DNA from: Botryllus schlosseri
Taxonomy: Eukaryota
Reading direction: 5' to 3'
Assembly (NCBI GenBank): GCA_051294905.1
Contig: CM119371.1
Location: 10,976,001 to 11,040,000 of the forward strand
DNA length: 64,000 nucleotides
Shown here: positions 53,121 through 64,000 of the stretch, one piece after another
Layout of the letters: every line of letters starts with the position of its first letter
How positions within the stretch are numbered: the stretch's first letter is position 1
Made by a program: the position numbers and the translations under genes
Notes under the pieces: model-generated
Seen by the model: only the letters and a program-made list of their open reading frames with translations
The model's database searches: none
Told to the model about the DNA's origin: nothing

Positions 53121-56100
53121 CAGACATGGGGTGATTACTTCATGAATGTAATCGATTGCGATTACGATTACTTCTGAATCCCGCGATTACGATTACGATT
53201 ACAGCAAAATCAGGAAGTAGTCGATTACGATTACGATTACATGGGCAAAGTAATCACGATTACTCACGATTACATTCATCTTGCTTAGAAAACCAAGAAA
53301 ATGTATTGGAAGACAATTTAAGGATTACGATGAAAAGGCCTGAAAACAACCTTTTTATCGATGATACGTCATTTTTTTTGTTACGTCATAATATTTGCTC
53401 AACTTTATAGGAGACGATTTATCGCACCCATCGATTTGCATTCTTGGCAGGTCCGGAACTACCGCACCCCAAACTTCGTCCCCCTTCCCCCACCCAAAAA
53501 TCATTTGTCTTGGGCACCCATCGGATCATAATTTTTTTAAATAATTTTATATAATTCAATATTGATTCAGTCAATATTATTGGGAATTGCATATATACTG
53601 CTATAAATGTTTTATCCTCTCTCTGCCCATGTAATCAGATTTACCGGTAGCGCTGAGTGAGGTGTTGCCTGGGAAAATGTCGGGCCGGTAAATAATAATT
53701 GAACAATGAACATATTCGGGTGGGCCCGTTGTTATTTCATGTATTCCTGTCTGCTATGTCAGATGATATTAAAATCGCCCGAACGTATTAAACTAAAATA
53801 CGCACATGATTTCAAATTGGTATTTCTTCACTGTCAAATATTTTTTCTCTGCGGGGTGGCACTTGTCTTGCAGATTATCAGTACAGAAACATTTGGCGAC
53901 AGTCATTTATAGGCTACTATGAACAATTGAACATATTTGTATGTATTAAAAGTTTTCGGACAGCATAAGGGCAGAAGGTCGAGTTTTTTTCGCTGCTTAT
54001 CGTTCTTGCACACTTATCGGAGTTGCATATTGCATGGCCTAAAACTTCATCGTGGCGCGGTAATGGCCGACGCCGAACTGACAATTTCTGTAAATCATGC
54101 GTATTTTTCTTGGAGAAAGGTACTCAACAACGAAGAGGTTCGGCAGCATCAAATTGTTGTTGCATAAAGTTGCATATATATTCAAAAAATGCTCATGAAA
54201 TTATTTTGGGCCCCTTCGAGCTCCCCCCCCCCCCATTGGAGGGTTTTGGGGTGCGGTATAGTTACGGTCCTGGAGCGAGCTCGAAGGGGAATCAAAAGTA
54301 TTTCGTAAATCAACAGAAATTGTAGACTATTTTCGAGAAATTTAATCAACTTGAAAATTTTCGTGAAGCTTCGCAATTTAATTTCTGTAGATACCTTGGT
54401 TCTGAAATGCATACGCCTCCCCTTAAGCAAAAAAGCATGCCTAATTTATAGCAATAGGAAGTTCGATGCACGTCATTACCGCACCACGACACACCAAAAG
54501 ACAGGTGCAGTTTCAGCCAACATGTGACTCCACGAAGTGTGCTTCCAAAAAAGTCTTACGCCGAAACTTTAGGTATGTGTTAATTATCAATAGCCACGAT
54601 GGATGGACGTGATGAATAGTCATGTCCTCCCAATCTGAACCCCAAAATACAGATGCAACCCGGGCACCCTCAGAAAAATGAATGCATGGGAATTTGTGTG
54701 TGCGTCCCACTACATTTTTAGTCTGCTACACTTTTGGGTGACTACAATATCTTTTGATCATATAACAGACGTCATGCAATAATGTAATTATAACAACATA
54801 TCAGATGTTCGAATTACGAGCTCGCAGCTCGACCGGTAAATCTGGACATCGGAGGCTAGGATAGGATTGAAAATGAATGATAATATTATGTAATTATCAA
54901 TATTACTAACGAATTTCAGTCATCAACCTGAAAATTGACTACCTTATGGGAGCCATCCCGAAACCAACGTTTGGAGTGGGGGGACGAATTGCTGTTTTGG
55001 TCCTGATTCTAGCTACAACCCACACTAACATGGTGCATAAGCGGATGGCTATGGCGCAGGTCCAAATATTGAGTAAAGAATTGGAAAATAACTATTGGCG
55101 CCCGTTTCAAATAGAGTCATATGAGAAAAAGATAAAGTGAACAGAAAATGCTGCCTTCCATTTAATACAGATATGCTGCAAGCTGCCGTTAGGAATAAGA
55201 AAGGCTCGGTTATGATATATAAATGCAGCTGTTCGTTTTTAATGCTTCATTGTGGAAATCGTAATGACTCATTTTAGTAGTACAAGATTTCAAATCGATT
55301 TCCGGTGTACGTACGCATACGGATCGCCTAACAACAACGGTCCAACTGCGTTTAATTAACCATACCCATTACCTAAACATCAATTAATAAGTTACTATGT
55401 GAAATTAGGCAGAGTGGTGATTATTATTCTACTGCGAGTAGTGACGTCTCTACTGCACTGAAAACCTGATATCCAGCGCGGGCGGGTGTTTTTACAATCA
55501 CATTACAATGTACAATGTGCTGTACATTGTACATAGGATATCTGTTTACTATGTGTGGATACTTCTTACGCAATGGTGAGCAAAGCCAATAGGGGAGATG
55601 TGGTACCGATGGATCACTGGGACCAAAAATACTTTTAAAATTCTCCATGATAATTCCATGATTACACTCCGTGAATTTGTCTACAAGTACTTGCTGACAG
55701 AATCTTTCCTCACATGCAAAAAAATTCGACCTGCATGAGTTGAATGATTTACGTTATAGGGGGTGTAAAGTAAATTTGGATCGACATTTGCATTTTTCTA
55801 TATCACCTTTCAGACTAACAAACCCACCATAATTTTTGATGTGAAGCATAGGGCTTGTATCAGGGTATATAATGGCACATATTTTTTGAATCAATACCAT
55901 CCTCGAGTGGATTATTTTGAAGTCAATTACAATATTTATGGGGTGGGGGACCTATGGTACCATAGCCAAATCAAGCAAAATAGATGGACCAACTAATCAC
56001 TCAACAACAGAAACTCGCCTACATATATATAGGCTGTGAATCATAGCTACATACGGTGTTTTATCGCTATTACGAGGTATTTGAAATTCAAAATGTCGAT

Positions 56101-56835
56101 ATGCGGGTAATATGTATGTGGCATTAATTTTGTAAGTTTAGGCGAAAATCAAAACATGATTTTTTGCCAACATTTGAGTTGATATAATATATTTGATTCT
56201 TGAAAGTCGCGACGAAACATGCTTCATTGGCTTGCTGTAGCTTAGCTTACAGTACACAACAAAACAAGTCAACAAATTTGAGTTTTTGAGCGTATGTCTC
56301 ATAGGTCCGATGGTCGTGTGCCTTTGGACCCACCGGGTGGGGACCGATGACACGTTCGAGCAACAAATTTTAAACGTTTATAAATATTTCTTGAAAAGGC
56401 GGATATTCATGTAAATGTCCGCGATAGGTAGACTTTGTATCGAAGTGTTGAGACAGCAAAAGATCTGCTATTCTCGGCTGAAGATTTGAGGGCCAGAGAT
56501 CATTTTGTAATTTTTGATCCATCGGTACCACATCTCCCCTACTTCTGACGTAATAATGAGCAGTGGCGTTTGAAAATAAGACGTTGGTGCTATCAATAAG
56601 CCTGATATAATATCACTTCCTTGTTCAGAAATGTTCAGTTTATGTCGTGATCCTTGTACAAATAAAAAGTAATCGTTATTACACAAGTAAATCGATTAGA
56701 TATGCGAAGTAGTCGATTACGATTACGATTACTTTAGAATTTTTGCGAATGTAATCGATTGCGATTACGATTACTTGGAAATGCTGTAATCGTCGTAATC
56801 GATTACGATCACTAATCGCGATTACCCCATGTCTG
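53121..56835. mobile_element. hAT element with GATTAC subterminal repeats (nest 1, layer 2)
   Basis: TIRs CAGACATGGGGT/ACCCCATGTCTG; perfect TSD CTGTGCAT at 53113-53120 and 56836-56843. Confidence 0.92.
55590..56541. mobile_element. TIR element, possibly pogo/Tc1-mariner MITE (nest 1, layer 3)
   Basis: Perfect inverted ends TAGGGGAGATGTGGTACCGATGGATCA / TGATCCATCGGTACCACATCTCCCCTA. Confidence 0.8.
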
Positions 56836-57454
56836 CTGTGCATACTCATTTTAATTGCTAAATTGCCGAAAGCCTACTAGTACAAACATTTTGTTGTTTA
56901 GAGATGTTTTGTTGGCGATTGGGGAAAGAAAAAGTAGGATGACTAATGTCAATCATGGTGACTTCGAAATGTTTACAAAAATCGATTTTGTCTTGTGATA
57001 TACACAACCTTTCTTCAATGATGACTTAAACATAAACTGCTAGATGAAAATGACTAGGGTTGACGTTATATGTTCAGTTCATTAAAATAAATTTTTGTCA
57101 ACTTGGGTGTCATATTTGTTGCGATCATACCCAAATGTGTCGTCCGAAGCGTAACGCATTTTTATTACATTCGCCACTACTTATATTTGTAGAAATGGAT
57201 TTTCGACACTCGTTCATATCAAATCGAAGGCGTGGACTTTCAAGACACGGCCACGAATTTCAAGAAATGCAGTTACAGAATTCGATTTGCAAAACTAAAA
57301 GTCAACCCAATTTCTACAGTTATCACTTGCACAAGACCGATGATGATTGCACGATAATTGAGCCAAATTAGAAATAAAACTTCGTGGGGGTGCGCGGGGG
57401 ACCGTGACGGTCCGAAAGGTGTCCGCGAAGACAAAAATGCCGAGAAACACCATT

Positions 57455-58230
57455 CTCTAGAAGGTGGATATAGAACAGCTCAATATATTTTCAGCGGTTA
57501 AGAAAACCTAGCAGAGGAATATGATGCATAGGAAAATTTGGAAATGTCGTACCGTATGTGACATAACATCTGTTGACACCGGACGGCTGAATGGCGTTGT
57601 TGTTAAACTGCAAAGTGCAATGACCAGCAAGGGTTTTGGTAAACCACAGTATATTGGTTGCCAACATCCTACTCCTGAGTCTTAAGCAGGTATCAGAGTT
57701 CGTTAATCCAACGTCTTCAACAAATCCAACTCTCACCTTCAAATTTGTAGTTGATGTGGTAAAACACTCCGACATCTTGGTGCAATTTACCAGCCAGAGA
57801 TTCAGATAAAAATATTAGAAACCCAAGATGGGGGGATGATTTTAGGTTTATCTTTGAGCTGTGCAGAGCATGCCGCTATTTCGAAGAAAATGGTAGATTA
57901 CCGCTTATGAAATGGCATAAACTTCCATCTCTACGCAATGCGATATGGACCCTACGGGCGATGATTTTTCACTACATAATGCCTAGATGGAGGGTAGCTC
58001 TGGAGATAACATGCTTATTCATCGCCGATGCGTGTGGGGAAGTATAATTTTCTAACCAGAGGTATAAAGATGGAATATATCAAAGACTATTTCATGCCAT
58101 CTAGGATAAGTCAGTTGTAAATGTTCATAGTACTAACTTAATTGCAGAAAGAGAAGTCAAATTGATGGAAGAGCTTAACCAAAAGTGCAAAAGCGCAAGT
58201 ATCTGAAGCTTAAATTTATAACATAGAATA
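57455..58230 (+). pseudogene. Decayed cc8K15.2-like transposase (copy 2, 3' part)
   Basis: KPQYIGCQHP..., WGDDFRFIFELCRACRYFEENGRLPLMKWHKLPSLRNAIW..., TNLIAEREVKLMEE. Homologous to 29430-30190. Confidence 0.6.
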
Positions 58231-59116
58231 ACTTTTCAATTGTACTTTTTTACATTTGGACCAATGTCGAATAGTTGGTACGGGAAAATATTCACTATTT
58301 GAATAAAATAAGTACAATTTTGCTGATTTATACCAAAATGTTCATTGATACCAACTACTGGCAATTTGTTTCAAGTCATACCCCTATTGTGCAACCGTTA
58401 ATACGAACAATAGCGCTCATATTCGAGAGGTATCGGATGATGCGTGACCATATAAACCCAAAGTAATTCGTGATTGATTGCAATGTCGTATTTAGGCGGT
58501 CAACTGAAATATAAAGGGTTGCAATGACTCGAGTCATGACTCCTCTCGAACCCGACTCGAGTCACGTTTTTGGTGACTCGATTCGACTCGAGTCATTTTT
58601 TTCAAATGCGTAAAATGACTCGACTCGACTCGACTCGATTTTTGTTTTGACTCCTCTTGTACTCAAGTCATTGTGCACGACTCGATACTAGGATGGTTCA
58701 GATATACATTTCATTGTATTTCGAAGAAAAGTAAAGTCACCACATTGCTGGTATTTTATCTATCATTCCTGATACTTGGAAAACAGGGCCTAACAGAAAC
58801 TATTAGGACAAGGAAATATTACGATATTATGACTGCGAGCCATTCTATATCACTCGATCAGAGTTGAGAAAAGTGGGTTGAATCGGATTGAACTCAAAAC
58901 TGAACGGTGAACATAATGACTTGTACTCGGAACCGAGTCATAACACTTTGACTCGGACTCGACCCTCTACACCAGTGGTTCTCGACCTTTTTATCTTCGC
59001 GGACCCCTTTTGGACCGTCACGGACCACCGTGGACCCCCTCAAGTTCTAGTCAAAAATTAGCTCAATTGGGCTTATCGTGCAACCGTCAATATTGATTCC
59101 AGGCTAGTGACAAATA

Positions 59117-61645
59117 CACTGTAAAAAATCTGGTAGATTTACTGGGAAATCTCTGTAAATTTTACCACGAATTACCGGTCGCAGCCAATTACTGTACGTA
59201 GCTTGTCATTTTACATTTTGATATGTAATATTACCTTAATATAGCTGTAAAGTAAGTTACCAGAATTTCTTCGCAAAATTTCTGACAGTTACTCGTTACT
59301 GCAGTTTACCGGGCTATTGGCAAAATTGATTAGCATCAAAATCGCTGCAGCAGTGGTGGCTTTTGGGGTGGGCGAGGTGGGCGGTCGCCCGGGGCCCCCC
59401 CTGGTCGAAGGGGCCCCCCTATTTGGATTTTGCGCTTTTTTCAAGGAGAATGACAAATAAACATGGAAATCCGTGTACCAAGTAAGAATATGATTCCGTA
59501 CAAATGTGTCAATCAGCATCATCAAATCACTGCATTTGTTAGAAAAGTCCGGTATCCCGATAATCATCACGTCTCTGCATGAGGTAGAATTTCTTAGTTT
59601 TGATGTAGTCTATCCTTGCACACATGCAAAAGAGACATGGCCGAATCCAGGACTTGGGCAAACCTTTTGCGGTGGTGAAAGATAGATAATAATAACCGAT
59701 GCGGAATGGGGGTCTGGGGGGCGGAGCCCCCCAGAAGTTACGGATAGATACTTATAGGGGCCCCCCCGGTAAGTCTCGCCCAGGGCCCCCCCGTTCGTAG
59801 GGCCATCACTGCGCTGCAGCCAATGTATACGTAGAACTGAATGTTACTGATATATCATTCTAGAGGTGATTTCACCTGACTGAACCTCGTTTGCGAGACT
59901 GGGGCCTGTCATACCGAAATTGTTGGCCCTAGTACCAATTTAAGCTTAGTAGGGTACAAGAAATAACTGACAATCGTAGCTAATGTGGTATACCGTAGCC
60001 ATATTATATTATAAGGCAACGGCTGTACGGCCAGTCTCGCTGGTTACATTCGTTGTCACGGATAAGGCTGATAAGTTAGAAAATTAGTTCAGGATGTATA
60101 ATATTGCTCGGGGAAACTAGAAATATCAGCACCGCATGCTCAGCTGACCATTTGTTAATGGCGGACAAGGCGACCAAGGCGACCAAGGTTACATAAGGTG
60201 ACTGCTTTTTCTGAGATTCGTAGTAAACAACCAACGCACAACTGTGACATCACAAGCAGCGTCTGGTTAGGTAAGTACAGTAAGTAGTGAACAACACATG
60301 GAATATATATCAATTTATACGAAATTTGATGAAAAAAGGGACTATATGCAATGCTAAATGTTTCTGTATGGAAAAAACGACCCAGATCAAACATTATAAC
60401 GTGGCCAGTAAATATTATGGTGTCATGTGTCAGCGGATGAATACCATTTATTTCGAAATCGCGTTCGAGTGTCGTCTGGCCAGTGGCCATTAGTGAGATT
60501 TGAGCAAAGGGTGGAGCAAAGCTTGTTGTGCTTGAAGAAAGTGGACACGGTCGTTGAAGATTCCTAGGAATGCTGAATGGAATACGCATCTTAAAAGGTA
60601 ATACAGTACTACATAGTATTTGTTACCGTGAATATCTGACTCTGCACACCAGCACTCGATGACTTAGATTTCATGATTGATATATTTCATTCGCCGCATT
60701 CTCTGTTCTATTTTGGGATATTTGTCGACTTATATAGTGACCACATACTCCGCTGCGGAGGAGTTGAAACTGTTGGCTTGGTAATGTCATTTTCGGGCCA
60801 TAGCATAGATATGTTTTCATCCACTGCTAGATTTGTTTGCCACACAAGCCACCTTAAATTAGGAACCTTTTGCTTCAATACAGAGATTAAGTCATGAATC
60901 TCTGCTATGTCATGTAAAAGGCGGAGCCGTCATCACACAATGTGCCAGTACCGGTACTTCAAAACATGTTATATTTTTGTTAGCCCATTTGTCTTAGTCT
61001 TTATAATGTCATGTCCACTGTCCAGGTTAGGAACTTTGCTTTATATAGCGACTTACGCATGAATTCTTTTTAGTGGAACTGCAAGATAGCCTACTACTTA
61101 CACAGAAGGAATTAGAACGAGAAAAAGAAACAATTGGAAGTTTGGCCGGTGGTGGAATTAATTCACGTTTTCTTGAGACCACCTGTGTTACTGCATGTCT
61201 CCTAAAGAAGAATTAGACCTCCAGCAGCAATATTTTTCCATCGATAACCACTTCATCGTGATATCATGAATGAATATACAGTTTGTTCCAATGTCGTTTT
61301 GGGGATGTGAAGAAAATGTTGCGATATTTTTGCATCGGGTTGCTTTGCGATAGGTATGGATGTGCGTGAATTTACAAGCTGGTATGTAATCCTGATTTAC
61401 AGAGACAGCATGTAGGTAGGTAGGCGGTAAAATGACAGTCGCGATCGCAAATGTACAGGAGAACATGTAGATTAGATATACCGGAGGTGACTGTAACATT
61501 ACAGTCTGGCGTGTAAAGTGAGATTACCGGACGAGTGTAAGTTAAATTTACATTGACTAACGGTAATGTTAGATTACCACGAAATGTCTGGCTACCGTGC
61601 TTCCAAACATTTCGCGGTAAATCGAGGTTTTTATTTTTTACAGTG
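59117..61645. mobile_element. CACTG-ended (EnSpm/CMC-like) element (nest 2, layer 3)
   Basis: TA-CACTGTAAAAAAT...ATTTTTTACAGTG-TA. The same terminus family occurs at about 23877 and 47367. Confidence 0.78.
59351..59811. mobile_element. hAT MITE (nest 2, layer 4)
   Basis: CAGTGGTGGC...GCCATCACTG; perfect TSD CGCTGCAG at 59343-59350 and 59812-59819. Confidence 0.92.
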
Positions 61646-62040
61646 TAGCTACAAAATGGCTTTTCTTGAAAATAACGTCAAACCATACCAAGAAATAGTG
61701 GGTAGATTTTTATTTTTATTTCGATATGAATTGTGTAGCTGTATTTATTTTCTTGAAAATCCGCGGCTTCGATTTGATATGAACGTTTCCACAAAGATAG
61801 GCGGTGACGAATGTAATATAAACGCGTAACGATTTTCCGAATACAGCTTTTAGTGTGAGTTTTTAATGAACATATCACGTCCAACATAGTCTTTTCTATC
61901 CAGCACGTCATCTTGAAGTCATTTAATGGCAATATCACTGAAGAAAGCGGATTCGTGGCGAGGTTTCAATTCCTTCATTGGGACGAATTAGGAAAAAATC
62001 GAAGAATTTCTATTTCAAACGACTGTTACTAATTCGCCGT

Positions 62041-62320
62041 TGGTGGCGAGATAGCGCAGTGGTATAATCCGCAGCTGCAACACCAATGGTTGCGGGTTCG
62101 AGTCCGACCAAGCTGGACTTCAGAATTACTATAGCCAAGTGTTAGAGGTTTATATAGGCTCCTCCTCGCCACCTCATCCGCGTAAGCGGCGTCTTCAAAA
62201 ACACCTAGAAGTGGGCCGTGCTATCAGTTGGCAGTTACGGAAAAAATGAAGAATATCGGCCTGATGTAAATGACCATAGTAGTAGACTAACACCATGAAT
62301 ACCATAAAACAAACAAAACT
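62041..62320 (+). mobile_element. Uninterrupted tRNA-derived SINE
   Basis: TAGCGCAGTGG (A box), CTGCAA loop, GGTTCGAGTCC (B box), body AAGTGGGCCGTGCT, AAAC tail. Confidence 0.8.
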
Positions 62321-62881
62321 GATTTGCCGATACTAACAACCCCAAATCTAAATAATTTCGCTAACATATCGAAGTCACCCTGTTCGACCTTGCTATCTCC
62401 GACATTTTATTTTTCCACAAACCCCAACAAAACATCTCTAAAGAGCAATATCTCTGCATCGGCAGGCTATTGGAAATTTGGCAATAAATGGGTTTGCACG
62501 CACAATCGTACATTTCATCTCTGGTGACCATTTCAATGATGTGAGTCCTAATAAAGTTTGCGCAATTATGAAGCAAAACTGTCCTATGCTTTCCCTGATT
62601 TAAAAAAATACAAATCAGGTTTTCGATCATTTTGAAAATTTAGAGGTTTAGCGGACCCCCTGAAAATGCTTCGTGGACTCCCAGTTGAGAACCGCTGCTC
62701 TGCGCACTGACTTGAACTCGGACTTTACCCAGTGGTGAATTGAAAAAGACTCGATTTGTCTCCAGTCGAAACTGTAAATGTGATATTGACTTGTGACTCG
62801 GGACCTTGTGACTTGGTACAACCCTGGAAATATGGGTTATCTGGAATCATCCGTAATTATATTAGTAATTCAGGTAAATGC

Positions 62882-63442
62882 TAGGGATGGTGTTAACGTG
62901 AGGTTCACGTTTGCGTTCTGTGTTGAACCTCTAAAATTTAGAATTTCTCGTTAACGTTGGTAGTTTCTGCACTGTGAACCTTTTTGATGTATCACAAATT
63001 TTCAAGTCAATATAACGTATTTAGTTGCAATTCTTTTGCATTTCAACCTTCGATCACTCTTCACGTGCCGCCAGCAGCATGAATATATATTCAGCACTAA
63101 ATCACTATGCACCTTGCCAGTTCCAAAAACTAGTTCGGAATATTCATCTTACCGTTTGTGAATCTTTAGTGACTTTGTGAAATTATGATAGCATTTTATT
63201 GTTCCAGTTGATACATTAGGTGACGTTTAAAAATACAGCATGTACTTCGTCAACATTGTGGCATACTATGACCTGAGTCGTCGCTAGTTTTCATGTACAT
63301 TAATAGATGATTTTTGGAACTTTCGGGTTCGAATGGGCAATATGACGTCACGGGATGTCATGGGTTCGCGTTCACACAGATCCTTTCTAAAAGGTTCGCG
63401 TTCACACTAACCAGAATCTTTCAGAGGTTCGCACCATCCTTA
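62882..63442 (+). mobile_element. hAT MITE, paralog of 32923-33475
   Basis: TAGGGATGGTG...CACCATCCTTA; TSD GTAAATGC/GTAAATAC. Confidence 0.88.
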
Positions 63443-64000
63443 GTAAATACGTTTGACATAAACTATCATTTGGCCTGGACCATGGAGTTTGGAAAAGATG
63501 CAATATGTTAGATCAATCATGAACCTCAGTTGAGACATGTTAGCGTTACCAATATCATTTGAGTAGCGACAATCTCTAGCTGACTTAGTGCCAAAATTAT
63601 GTTGAAAACCCTACGAGCACCCGAAACAAGCGATTGGGGGCGGCTGAACAAAATGCTGTCTTGGTCCAATCTAGATTAGAGGTACGAGAAAATTTCATGA
63701 AGGCTCAAGCGCTAAGAGCGCCTAAAAGGTTAAAAACAATGATTGATCACGAGTATTCTTGTCTGCTTCATACACTCGTATGCTCAAATTGTCGTGCAAT
63801 TGCACCGGTAGTCGTGTAATTTAACTCATTTCTCATACGAATCGCTGTGCATCGAAATACGTTGTCATTCGTTCGGACATATCCAGGCCGTGTTATTTTT
63901 GGCATATGCCAAAACTGCCAAAAATAACTTATTTTTGGCATTTTTCGATATTTATTTTTGGCAGTTTTGGCATCGTCCTCTAAATAGATAGTTTCAGCCT

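Larger units (their letters stand above)
52918..57454. mobile_element. Charlie-like hAT element (outer layer of nest 1)
   Basis: Starts CAGTGGTTCTCAACC and ends in a degenerate GAGAAACACCATT; flanks TTTTAGAA/CTCTAGAA; absent from copy 1 at about 29430. Confidence 0.75.
58973..62697. mobile_element. Charlie-like hAT (nest 2, layer 2)
   Basis: CAGTGGTTCTCGACC...GTTGAGAACCGCTG; TSD CTCTACAC/CTCTGCGC. Confidence 0.8.
58514..62826. mobile_element. hAT MITE with GACTC repeats (outer layer of nest 2)
   Basis: AGGGTTGCAATGACTCG...GACTTGGTACAACCCTG; TSD GAAATATA/GAAATATG. Confidence 0.75.
45362..63883 (+). repeat. Segmental duplication, copy 2 (no Maverick; probably continues past the window)
   Basis: Collinear with 3388-33893. 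Homology is interrupted at 63884 by a CAGGCCGTGTTA-type repeat also seen at about 34593. Confidence 0.9.

Noticed and set aside
62045..62120. Functional tRNA-Cys gene (also about 29065-29140)
   Set aside because: Stem pairing is poor and the sequence continues into a shared SINE body and tail.

Overview
This is AT-rich, intron-containing, transposon-dense animal DNA, probably an invertebrate; a tunicate is a guess I cannot confirm. Nearly all ORF-track entries look non-coding. (1) A Maverick/Polinton-type element spans 4771-23380. It has AGTAGT...ACTACT termini, a 6-bp CTCGTC target-site duplication (TSD) and very long, near-identical terminal inverted repeats (TIRs) of about 4.15 kb (4771-8925 and 17037-23380). 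Its 8.1-kb core is a patchwork of repeats with no recognisable polymerase, integrase, ATPase or capsid gene. A Hermes/hobo-like hAT derivative later inserted into the right arm only. (2) An old tandem segmental duplication (about 3390-33890 vs 45360-63880) provides the empty Maverick site in its second copy. (3) Between the two copies lies a minus-strand spliced gene not visible in the ORF track: a SUEL-lectin-like Cys exon, a Ser/Thr stalk, a transmembrane exon and a five-tyrosine tail ending in an ITIM-consensus motif. (4) The rest is hAT MITEs with 8-bp TSDs, two nested transposon stacks, a tRNA-headed SINE, a LINE 3' end and decayed transposases. All calls and identity estimates were made by eye.
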